This document shows positions 42,601 through 55,400 of a stretch of 64,000 nucleotides of DNA, piece after piece. This DNA is from Eledone cirrhosa (lineage: Eukaryota). The position numbers were made by a program, and so were the translations under genes. Below the pieces are notes generated by a model. That model did not search any database. It worked only from the letters and a program-made list of their open reading frames with translations, and was not told the origin of the DNA. Positions within the stretch are counted from its first letter, which is position 1; each line of letters begins with the position of its first letter. Where the stretch lies: positions 415,524,001-415,588,000 of the forward strand of contig OZ024740.1 in assembly GCA_964016885.1 (NCBI GenBank), written 5' to 3'.

Positions 42601-45600
42601 GTGTGTAAGAGAGAACACTGTGGGTATGGACATATGTTGTGTATGGGGCATGACAGTGAATCAGATATAGTATGTAAGAGAGAACACTGTGGCTATGGAC
42701 ATATGTTGTGTATGGGGGATGACAGTAAATCAGATATAGAGTGTAAGAGAGAACACTGTGGGTATGGACATATGTTGTGTATGGGGGATGACAGTGAATC
42801 AGATATTGTGTGTAAGAGAGAACACTGTGGGTATGGACATATGTTGTGTATGGGGGATGACAGTGAATCAGATATAGTATGTACGAGAGAACACTGTGGG
42901 TATGGACATATGTTGTGTATAGGGGATGACAGTGAATCAGAAATAGTGTGTAAGAGAGAACACTGTGGGTATGGACATATGTTGTGTATGGGGGATGACA
43001 GTGAATCAGATATAGTGTGTAAGAGTGAACACTGTTGGTATGGACATATGTTGTGTATTGGGGATGACAGTAAATCAGATATAGAGTGTAAGAGAGAACA
43101 CTGTGTGTATGGACATATGTTGTGTATGGGGGATGACAGTGAAAAAGATATAGTGTGTAAGAGAGAACACTGTGGGTATGGACATATGTTGTGTATGGGG
43201 GATGACAGTGAAAAAGATATAGTGTGTAAGAGAGAATACTGTGGGTATGGACATATGTTGTGTATGGGGGAAGACATTGAATCAGATATAGTGTGTAAGA
43301 GTGAACACTGTGGGTATGGATATATGTTGTGTATGGGGGATGACAGTGAATCAGATATAGTATGTAAGAGAGAACACTGTGGGTATGGACATATGTTGTG
43401 TATGGAGGAAGACAGTGAATCAGATATAGTGTGTAAGAGAGAACACTGTGGGTATGGACATATGCTGTGTATGGGGGATGACAGTGAATCAGATATAGTG
43501 TGTAAGAGAGAACACTGTGGGTATGGACATATGTTGTGTATGGGGGAAGACAGTGAATCTGATATAGAGTGTAAGAGAGAACACTGTGGGTATGGACATA
43601 TGTTGTGTATGGGGGATGACAGTGAATCAGATATAGAGTGTAAGAGAGAACACTGTGGGTATGGACATATGTTGTGTATGGGGGATGACAGTGAATCAGA
43701 TACAGTATGTAAGAGAGAACACTGTGGGTATGGACATGTGTTGTGTATGGAGGATGACAGTGAATCAGAAATAGTGTGTAAGAGAGAACACTGTGGGTAT
43801 GGACATATGTTGTGTATGGGGGATGACAGTGAATAAGATATAGTGTGTAAGAGAGAACACTGTTGGTATGGACATCTGTTGTGTATTGGGGATGACAGTA
43901 AATCAGATATAGAGTGTAAGAGAGAACACTGTGTGTATGGACATATGTTGTGTATGGGGGATGACAGTGAAAAAGATATAGTGTGAAAGAGAGAACACTG
44001 TGGGTATGGACATATGTTGTTTATGGGGGATGACAGTGAAAAAGATATAGTGTGTAAGAGAGAACACTGTGGGTATGGACATATGTTGTGTATGGGGGAT
44101 GACAGTGAATCAGATATAGTATGTAAGAGAGAACACTGTGGGTATGGACATATGTTGTGTATGGAGGAAGACAGTGAATCAGATATAGTGTGTAAGAGAG
44201 AACACTGTGGGTATGGACATATGTTGTGTATGGGGGATGACAGTGAATCAGATATAGTGTGTAAGAGAGAACACTGTGGGTATGGACATATGTTGTGTAT
44301 GGGGGATGACAGTAAATCAGATATAGAGTGTAAGAGAGAACACTGTGGGTATGGACATATGTTGTGTATGGGGGATGACAGTGAATAACATATAGTGTGT
44401 AAGAGAGAACACTGTGGGTATGGACATATGTTGTGTATGGGGGATGACAGTGAATCAGATATAGAGTGTAAGAGAGAACACTGTGGGTATGGACATATGT
44501 TGTGTATGGGGGAAGACAGTGAATCAGATATAGTGTGTAAGAGTGAACACTGTCGGTATGGACATATGTTGTGTATGGGGGAAGACAGTGAATCATATAT
44601 AGAGTGTAAGAGAGAACACTGTGGGTATGGACATATGTTGTGTATGGGGGATGACAGTGAATCAGATATAGAGTGTAAGAGAGAACACTGTGGGTATGGA
44701 CATATGTTGTGTATGGGGGATGACAGTGAATCAGATATTGTGTGTAAGAGAGAACACTGTGGGTATGGACATATGTTGTGTATGGGGCATGACAGTGAAT
44801 CAGATATAGTATGTAAGAGAGAACACTGTGGCTATGGACATATGTTGTGTATGGGGGATGACAGTAAATCAGATATAGAGTGTAAGAGAGAACACTGTGG
44901 GTATGGACATATGTTGTGTATGGGGGATGACAGTGAATCAGATATTGTGTGTAAGAGAGAACACTGTGGGTATGGACATATGTTGTGTATGGGGGATGAC
45001 AGTGAATCAGATATAGTATGTACGAGAGAACACTGTGGGTATGGACATATGTTGTGTATGGGGGATGACAGTGAATCAGAAATAGTGTGTAAGAGAGAAC
45101 ACTGTGGGTATGGACATATGTTGTGTATGGGGGATGACAGTGAATCAGATATAGTGTGTAAGAGTGAACACTGTTGGTATGGACATATGTTGTGTATTGG
45201 GGATGACAGTAAATCAGATATAGAGTGTAAGAGAGAACACTGTGTGTATGGACATATGTTGTGTATGGGGGATGACAGTGAAAAAGATATAGTGTGTAAG
45301 AGAGAACACTGTGGGTATGGACATATGTTGTGTATGGGGGATGACAGTGAAAAAGATATAGTGTGTAAGAGAGAATACTGTGGGTATGGACATATGTTGT
45401 GTATGGGGGAAGACAGTGAATCAGATATAGTGTGTAAGAGTGAACACTGTGGGTATGGATATATGTTGTGTATGGGGGATGACAGTGAATCAGATATAGT
45501 ATGTAAGAGAGAACACTGTGGGTATGGACATATGTTGTGTATGGAGGAAGACAGTGAATCAGATATAGTGTGTAAGAGAGAACACTGTGGGTATGGACAT

Positions 45601-45640
45601 ATGTTGTGTATGGGGGATGACAGTGAATCAGATATAGTGT
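41290..45640. repeat. Tandem ~31-32-unit duplication (offsets 2208 then 2139 bp)
   Basis: ORF starts 42256/44395 (2139 = 31x69) with near-identical translations. Shared TGTACG, GGCTAT, TGTCGG, GAATAC variants; TTGTTT at ~41812/~44020 (2208). Confidence 0.85.
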
Positions 45641-46249
45641 GTAAGAGAGAACACTGTGGGTATGGACATATGTTGTGTATGGGGGATGACAGTAAATCAG
45701 ATATAGAGAGTAAGAGAGAACCCTGTGGGTATGGACATATGTTGTGTATGGGGGATGACAGTGAATAACATATAGTGTGTAAGAGAGAACACTGTGGGTA
45801 TGGACATATGTTGTGTATGGGTGATGACAGTGAATCAGATATAGTGTGTAAGAGAGAACACTGTGGGTATGGACATATGTTGTGTATGGGGGATGACAGT
45901 AAATCAGATATAGAGTGTAAGAGAGAACACTGTGGGTATGGACATATGTTGTGTATGGGGGATGACAGTGAATAAGATATAGTGTGTAAGAGAGAACACT
46001 GTGGGTATGGACATATGTTGTGTATGGGGGATGACAGTGAATCAGATATAGTGTGTAAGAGAGAACACAGTGGGTATGGACATATGTTGTGTATGGGGGA
46101 TGACAGTGAATCAGATATAGTGTGTAAGAGAGAACACTGTGGGTATGGACATATGTTGTGTATGGGGGATGACAGTGAATCAGATATAGTGTGTAAGAGA
46201 GAACACTGTGGGTATGGACATATGTTGTGTATGGGGGAAGACAGTGAAT

Positions 46250-49200
46250 CAGATATAGAGTGTAAGAGAGAACACTGTGGGTATGGACATATGTTGTGTA
46301 TGGGGGATGACAGTGAATCAGATATAGTGTGTAAGAGAGAACACTGTGGGTATGGACATATGTTGTGTATGGGAGATGACAGTGAATCAGATATAGTGTG
46401 TAAGAGAGAACACTGTGGGTATGGACATATGTTGTGTATGGGGGAAGACAGTGAATCTGATATAGAGTGTAAGAGAGAACACTGTGGGTATGGACATATG
46501 TTGTGTATGGGGGATGACAGTGAATCAGATATAGAGTGTAAGAGAGAACACTGTGGGTATGGACATATGTTGTGTATGGGGGATGACAGTGAATCAGATA
46601 CAGTGTGTAAGAGAGAACACTGTGGGTATGGACATATGTTGTGTATGGGGGATGACAGTAAATCAGATATAGTGTGTAAGAGAGAACACTGTGGGTATGG
46701 ACATATGTTGTGTATGGGGGAAGACAGTGAATCTGATATAGAGTGTAAGAGAGAACACTGTGGGTATGGACATATGTTGTGTATGGGGGATGACAGTGAA
46801 TCAGATATAGTGTGTAAGAGAGAACACTGTGGGTATGGACATATGTTGTGTATGGGAGATGACAGTGAATCAGATATAGTGTGTAAGAGAGAACACTGTG
46901 GGTATGGACATATGTTGTGTATGGGGGAAGACAGTGAATCTGATATAGAGTGTAAGAGAGAACACTGTGGGTATGGACATATGTTGTGTATGGGGGATGA
47001 CAGTGAATCAGATATAGAGTATAAGAGAGAACACTGTGGGTATGGACATATGTTGTGTATGGGGGATGACAGTGAATCAGATACAGTGTGTAAGAGAGAA
47101 CACTGTGGGTATGGACATATGTTGTGTATGGGGGATGACAGTAAATCAGATATAGAGTGTAAGAGAGAACACTGTGGGTATGGACATATGTTGTGTATGG
47201 GGGATGACAGTGAATAAGATATAGTGTGTAAGAGAGAACACAGTGGGTATGGACATATGTTGTGTATGGGGGATGACAGTGAATCAGATATAGTGTGTAA
47301 GAGAGAACACAGTGGGTATGGACATATGTTGTGTATGGGGGATGACAGTGAATCAGATATAGTGTGTAAGAGAGAACACTGTGGGTATGGACATATGTTG
47401 TGTATGGGAGATGACAGTGAATCAGATATAGTGTGTAAGAGAGAACACTGTGGGTATGGACATATGTTGTGTATGGGGGAAGACAGTGAATCTGATATAG
47501 AGTGTAAGAGAGAACACTGTGTGTATGGACATATGTTGTGTATGGGGGATGACAGTGAATCAGATATAGAGTGTAAGAGAGAACACTGTGGGTATGGACA
47601 TATGTTGTGTATGGGGGATGACAGTGAATCAGATACAGTGTGTAAGAGAGAACACTGTGGGTATGGACATATGTTGTGTATGGGGGATGACAGTAAATCA
47701 GATATAGTGTGTAAGAGAGAACACTGTGGGTATGGACATATGTTGTGTATGGGGGAAGACAGTGAATCTGATATAGAGTGTAAGAGAGAACACTGTGGGT
47801 ATGGACATATGTTGTGTATGGGGGATGACAGTGAATCAGATATAGTGTGTAAGAGAAAACACTGTGGGTATGGACATATGTTGTGTATGGGAGATGACAG
47901 TGAATCAGATATAGTGTGTAAGAGAGAACACTGTGGGTATGGACATATGTTGTGTATGGGGGAAGACAGTGAATCTGATATAGAGTGTAAGAGAGAACAC
48001 TGTGGGTATGGACATATGTTGTGTATGGGGGAAGACAGTGAATCAGATATAGAGTGTAAGAGAGAACACTGTGGGTATGGACATATGTTGTGTATGGGGG
48101 ATGACAGTGAATCAGATACAGTGTGTAAGAGAGAACACTGTGGGTATGGACATATGTTGTGTATGGGGGATGACAGTAAATCAGATATAGAGTGTAAGAG
48201 AGAACACTGTGGGTATGGACATATGTTGTGTATGGGGGATGACAGTGAATAAGATATAGTGTGTAAGAGAGAACACTGTGGGTATGGACATATGTTGTGT
48301 ATGGGGGATGACAGTGAATCAGATATAGTGTGTAAGAGAGAACACAGTGGGTATGGACATATGTTGTGTATGGGGGATGACAGTGAATCAGATATAGTGT
48401 GTAAGAGAGAACACTGTGGGTATGGACATATGTTGTGTATGGGGGATGACAGTGAATCAGATATAGTGTGTAAGAGAGAACACTGTGGGTATGGACATAT
48501 GTTGTGTATGGGGGATGACAGTAAATCAGATATAGAGTGTAAGAGAGAACCCTGTGGGTATGGACATATGTTGTGTATGGGGGATGACAGTGAATAACAT
48601 ATAGTGTGTAAGAGAGAACACTGTGGGTATGGACATATGTTGTGTATGGGTGATGACAGTGAATCAGATATAGTGTGTAAGAGAGAACACTGTGGGTATG
48701 GACATATGTTGTGTATGGGGGATGACAGTAAATCAGATATAGAGTGTAAGAGAGAACACTGTGGGTATGGACATATGTTGTGTATGGGGGATGACAGTGA
48801 ATCAGATATAGTGTGTAAGAGAGAACACTGTGGGTATGGACATATGTTGTGTATGGGGGAAGACAGTGAATGAGATATAGAGTGTAAGAGAGAACACTGT
48901 GGGTATGGACATATGTTGTGTATGGGGGATGACAGTGAATCAGATATAGTGTGTAAGAGAGAACACTGTGGGTATGGACATATGTTGTGTATGGGGGATG
49001 ACAGTGAATCTGATATAGAGTGTAAGAGAGAACACTGTGGGTATGGACATATGTTGTGTATGGGGGATGACAGTGAATCAGATATAGTGTGTAAGAGAGA
49101 ACACTGTGGGTATGGACATATGTTGTGTATGGGAGATGACAGTGAATCAGATATAGTGTGTAAGAGAGAACACTGTGGGTATGGACATATGTTGTGTATG

Positions 49201-51700
49201 GGGGAAGACAGTGAATCTGATATAGAGTGTAAGAGAGAACACTGTGGGTATGGACATATGTTGTGTATGGGGGATGACAGTGAATCAGATATAGAGTGTA
49301 AGAGAGAACACTGTGGGTATGGACATATGTTGTGTATGGGGGATGACAGTGAATCAGATACAGTGTGTAAGAGAGAACACTGTGGGTATGGACATATGTT
49401 GTGTATTGGGGATGACAGTAAATCAGATATAGTGTGTAAGAGAGAACACTGTGGGTATGGACATATGTTGTGTATGGGGGAAGACAGTGAATCTGATATA
49501 GAGTGTAAGAGAGAACACTGTGGGTATGGACATATGTTGTGTATGGGGGATGACAGTGAATCAGATATAGTGTGTAAGAGGGAACACTGTGGGTATGGAC
49601 ATATGTTGTGTATGGGAGATGACAGTGAATCAGATATAGTGTGTAAGAGAGAACACTGTGGGTATGGACATATGTTGTGTATGGGGGAAGACAGTGAATC
49701 TGATATAGAGTGTAAGAGAGAACACTGTGGGTATGGACATATGTTGTGTATGGGGGATGACAGTGAATCAGATATAGAGTGTAAGAGAGAACACTGTGGG
49801 TATGGACATATGTTGTGTATGGGGGATGACAGTGAATCAGATACAGTGTGTAAGAGAGAACACTGTGGGTATGGACATATGTTGTGTATGGGGGATGACA
49901 GTAAATCAGATATAGAGTGTAAGAGAGAACACTGTGGGTATGGACATATGTTGTGTATGGGGGATGACAGTGAATAAGATATAGTGTGTAAGAGAGAACA
50001 CTGTGGGTATGGACATATGTTGTGTATGGGGGATGACAGTGAATCAGATATAGTGTGTAAGAGAGAACACAGTGGGTATGGACATATGTTGTGTATGGGG
50101 GATGACAGTGAATCAGATATAGTGTGTAAGAGAGAACACTGTGGGTATGGACATATGTTGTGTATGGGAGATGACAGTGAATCAGATATAGTGTGTAAGA
50201 GAGAACACTGTGGGTATGGACATATGTTGTGTATGGGGGAAGACAGTGAATCTGATATAGAGTGTAAGAGGAACACTGTGGGTATGGACATATGTTGTGT
50301 ATGGGGGATGACAGTGAATCAGATATAGAGTGTAAGAGAGAACACTGTGGGTATGGACATATGTTGTGTATGGGGGATGACAGTGAATCAGATACAGTGT
50401 GTAAGAGAGAACACTGTGGGTATGGACATATGTTGTGTATGGGGGATGACAGTAAATCAGATATAGTGTGTAAGAGAGAACACTGTGGGTATGGACATAT
50501 GTTGTGTATGGGGGAAGACAGTGAATCTGATATAGAGTGTAAGAGAGAACACTGTGGGTATGGACATATGTTGTGTATGGGGGATGACAGTGAATCAGAT
50601 ATAGTGTGTAAGAGAGAACACTGTGGGTATGGACATATGTTGTGTATGGGAGATGACAGTGAATCAGATATAGTGTGTAAGAGAGAACACTGTGGGTATG
50701 GACATATGTTGTGTATGGGGGAAGACAGTGAATCTGATATAGAGTGTAAGAGAGAACACTGTGGGTATGGACATATGTTGTGTATGGGGGATGACAGTGA
50801 ATCAGATATAGAGTGTAAGAGAGAACACTGTGGGTATGGACATATGTTGTGTATGGGGGATGACAGTGAATCAGATACAGTGTGTAAGAGAGAACACTGT
50901 GGGTATGGACATATGTTGTGTATGGGGGATGACAGTAAATCAGATATAGAGTGTAAGAGAGAACACTGTGGGTATGGACATATGTTGTGTATAGGGGATG
51001 ACAGTGAATAAGATATAGTGTGTAAGAGAGAACACTGTGGGTATGGACATATGTTGTGTATGGGGGATGACAGTGAATCAGATATAGTGTGTAAGAGAGA
51101 ACACAGTGGGTATGGACATATGTTGTGTATGGGGGATGACAGTGAATCAGATATAGTGTGTAAGAGAGAACACTGTGGGTATGGACATATGTTGTGTATG
51201 GGGGATGACAGTGAATCAGATATAGTGTGTAAGAGAGAACACTGTGGGTATGGACATATGTTGTGTATGGGGGAAGACAGTGAATCAGATATAGAGTGTA
51301 AGAGAGAACACTGTGGGTATGGACATATGTTGTGTATGGGGGATGACAGTGAATCAGATATAGTGTGTAAGAGAGAACACTGTGGGTATGGACATATGTT
51401 GTGTATGGGAGATGACAGTGAATCAGATATAGTGTGTAAGAGAGAACACTGTGGGTATGGACATATGTTGTGTATGGGGGAAGACAGTGAATCTGATATA
51501 GAGTGTAAGAGAGAACACTGTGGGTATGGACATATGTTGTGTATGGGGGATGACAGTGAATCAGATATAGAGTGTAAGAGAGAACACTGTGGGTATGGAC
51601 ATATGTTGTGTATGGGGGATGACAGTGAATCAGATACAGTGTGTAAGAGAGAACACTGTGGGTATGGACATATGTTGTGTATGGGGGATGACAGTGAATC
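46250..51700. repeat. Domain of short 7/8-unit higher-order repeats forming a 15-unit repeat, itself duplicated at 40 units
   Basis: The GGGAGAT marker lies at ~46374, 46857, 47409, 47892, 49134, 49617, 50169, 50651, 51410 (spacings 483, 552, 483 ... 483, 552, 482). Stops at 47217/48252 (1035 = 15x69) and 47217/49977 (2760 = 40x69). Confidence 0.88.
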
Positions 51701-52499
51701 AGAAATAGTGTGTAAGAGAGAACACTGTGGGTATGGACATATGTTGTGTATGGGGGATGACAGTGAATAAGATATAGTGTGTAAGAGAGAACACTGTTGG
51801 TATGGACATATGTTGTGTATTGGGGATGACAGTAAGTCAGATATAGAGTGTAAGAGAGAACACTGTGTGTATGGACATATGTTGTGTATGGGGGATGACA
51901 GTGAAAAAGATATAGTGTGTAAGAGAGAACACTGTGGGTATGGACATATGTTGTGTATGGGGGATGACAGTGAAAAAGATATAGTGTGTAAGAGAGAACA
52001 CTGTGGGTATGGACATATGTTGTGTATGGGGGAAAACAGTGAATCAGATATAGTGTGTAAGAGTGAACACTGTGGGTATGGATATATGTTGTGTATGGGG
52101 GATGACAGTGAATCAGATATAGTATGTAAGAGAGAACACTGTGGGTATGGACATATGTTGTGTATGGAGGAAGACAGTGAATCAGATATAGTGTGTAAGA
52201 GAGAACACTGTGGGTATGGACATATGTTGTGTATGGGGGATGACTGTGAATCAGATATAGTGTGTAAGAGAGAACACTGTGGGTATGGACATATGTTGTG
52301 TATGGGGGATGACAGTAAATCAGATATAGAGTGTAAGAGAGAACACTGTGGGTATGGACATATGTTGTGTTTGGGGGATGACAGTGAATAACATATAGTG
52401 TGTAAGAGAGAACACTGTGGGTATGGACATATGTTGTGTATGGGGGATGACAGTGAATCAGATATAGTGTGTAAGAGAGAATACTGTGGGTATGGACAT

Positions 52500-55400
52500 A
52501 TGTTGTGTATTGGGGATGACAGTAAATCAGATATAGAGTGTAAGAGAGAACACTGTGGGTATGGACATATGTTGTGTATGGGGATGACAGTGAATAAGAT
52601 ATAGTGTGTAAGAGAGAACACTGTGGGGATGGACATATGTTGTGTATGGGGGATGACAGTGAATCAGATATAGTGTGTAAGAGAGAACACTGTGTGTATG
52701 GACATATGTTGTGTATGGGGGATGACAGTGAATCAGATATAGTATGTAAGAGAGAACACTGTGGGTTTGGACATATGTTGTGTATGGGGGATGACAGTGA
52801 ATCAGATATAGTGTGTAAGAGAGAAAACTGTGGGTATGGACATATGTTGTGTATGGGGGATGACAGTGAATCAGATATAGTGTGTAAGAGAGAACACTGT
52901 GGGTATGGACATATGTTGTGTATGGGGGAAGACAGTGAATCAGATATAGTGTGTAAGAGTGAACACTGTCGGTATGGACATATGTTGTGTATGGGGGAAG
53001 ACAGTGAATCATATATAGAGTGTAAGAGAGAACACTGTGGGTATGGACATATGTTGTGTATGGGGGATGACAGTGAATCAGATATAGAGTGTAAGAGAGA
53101 ACACTGTGGGTATGGACATATGTTGTGTATGGGGGATGACAGTGAATCAGATATTGTGTGTAAGAGAGAACACTGTGGGTATGGACATATGTTGTGTATG
53201 GGGCATGACAGTGAATCAGATATAGTATGTAAGAGAGAACACTGTGGCTATGGACATATGTTGTGTATGGGGGATGACAGTAAATCAGATATAGAGTGTA
53301 ATAGAGAACACTGTGGGTATGGACATATGTTGTGTATGGGGGATGACAGTGAATCAGATATTGTGTGTAAGAGAGAACACTGTGGGTATGGACATATGTT
53401 GTGTATGGGGGATGACAGTGAATCAGATATAGTGTGTAAGAGAGAACACTGTGGGTATGGACATATGTTGTGTATGGGGGATGACAGTGAATCAGATATA
53501 GTATGTAAGAGAGAACACTGTGGGTATGGACATATGTTGTGTATGGGGGATGACAGTGAATCAAATATAGTGTGTAAGAGAGAACACTGTGGGTGTGGAC
53601 ATATGTTGTGTATGGGGGATGACAGTGAATCAGATATAGTGTGTAAGAGAGTACACTGTGGGTATGCACATATGTTGTGTATGGGGGATGACAGTGGATC
53701 AAATATAGTGTGTAAGAGAGAACACTGTGGGTATGGACATATGTTGTGTATGGGGGATGACAGTGAATCAGATATAGTGTGTAAGAGAGAACACTGTGGG
53801 TATGGACATATGTTGTGTATGGGGGATGACAGTGAATAAGATATAGTGTGTAAGAGAGAACACTGTGGGGATGGACATATGTTGTGTATGGGGGATGACA
53901 GTGAATCAGATATAGTGTGTAAGAGAGAACACTGTGCGTATGGACATATGTTGTGTATGGGGATGACAGTGAATAAGATATAGTGTGTAAGAGAGAACAC
54001 TGTGGGTATGGACATATGTTGTGTATGGGGGATGACAGTGAATCAGATATAGTGTGTAAGAGAGAACACTGTGGGTATGGACATATGTTGTGTATGGGGG
54101 ATGACAGTGAATCAGATATAGTATGTAAGAGAGAACACTGTGGGTTTGGACATATGTTGTGTATGGGGGATGACAGTGAATCAGATATAGTGTGTAAGAG
54201 AGAAAACTGTGGGTATGGACATATGTTGTGTATGGGGGATGACAGTAAATCAGATATAGAGTGTAAGAGAGAACACTGTGGGTATGGACATATGTTGTGT
54301 ATGGGCGAAGACAGTGAATCAGATATAGTGTGTAAGAGTGAACACTGTCGGTATGGACATATGTTGTGTATGGGGGAAGACAGTGAATCATATATAGAGT
54401 GTAAGAGAGAACACTGTGGGTATGGACATATGTTGTGTATGGGGGATGACAGTGAATCAGATATAGAGTGTAAGAGAGAACACTGTGGGTATGGACATAT
54501 GTTGTGTATGGGGGATGACAGTGAATCAGATATTGTGTGTAAGAGAGAACACTGTGGGTATGGACATATGTTGTGTATGGGGCATGACAGTGAATCAGAT
54601 ATAGTATGTAAGAGAGAACACTGTGGCTATGGACATATGTTGTGTATGGAGGATGACAGTAAATCAGATATAGAGTGTAAGAGAGAACACTGTGGGTATG
54701 GACATATGTTGTGTATGGGGGATGACAGTAAATCAGATATTGTGTGTAAGAGAGAACACTGTGGGTATGGACATATGTTGTGTATGGGGGATGACAGTGA
54801 ATCAGATATAGTATGTACGAGAGAACACTGTGGGTATGGACATATGTTGTGTATGGGGGATGACAGTTAATCAGATATAGTGTGTAAGAGAGAACACTGT
54901 GGGTATGGACATATATTGTGTATGAGGGATGACAGTGAATCAGATATAGTGTGTAAGAGAGAACACTGTGGGTATGGACATATGTTGTGTATGGGGAATG
55001 ACAGGGAATCAGATATAGTGTGTAAGAGAGAACACTGTGGGTATGGACATATGTTGTGTATGGGGGATGACAGTGAATCAGATATATTGTGTAAGAGAGA
55101 ACACTGTGGGTATGGACATATGTTGTGTATGGGGGATGACAGTGAATCAGATATAGAGTGTAAGAGAGAACACTGTGGGTATGGACATATGTTGTGTATG
55201 GGAGATGACAGTAAATAAGTTATAGTGTGTAAGAGAGAACACTGAGGGTATGGACATATGTTGTGTATGGGGGATGACAGTAAATCAGATATAGTGTGTA
55301 AGAGACAACACTGTGGGTATGGACATATGTTGTGTATGGTGGTTGACAGTGAATCAGATATAGTGTGTAAGAGAGAACACTGTGGCTATGGACATATGTT

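Noticed and set aside
12452-52636. Giant minus-strand ORFs (4232, 3807, 2082, 2871, 1819 aa) as mucin-like or adhesin genes
   Set aside because: They overlap each other in different frames, several switch peptide repeat at deletions, and they have no non-repetitive domain. This is expected from a stop-free 69-bp unit.
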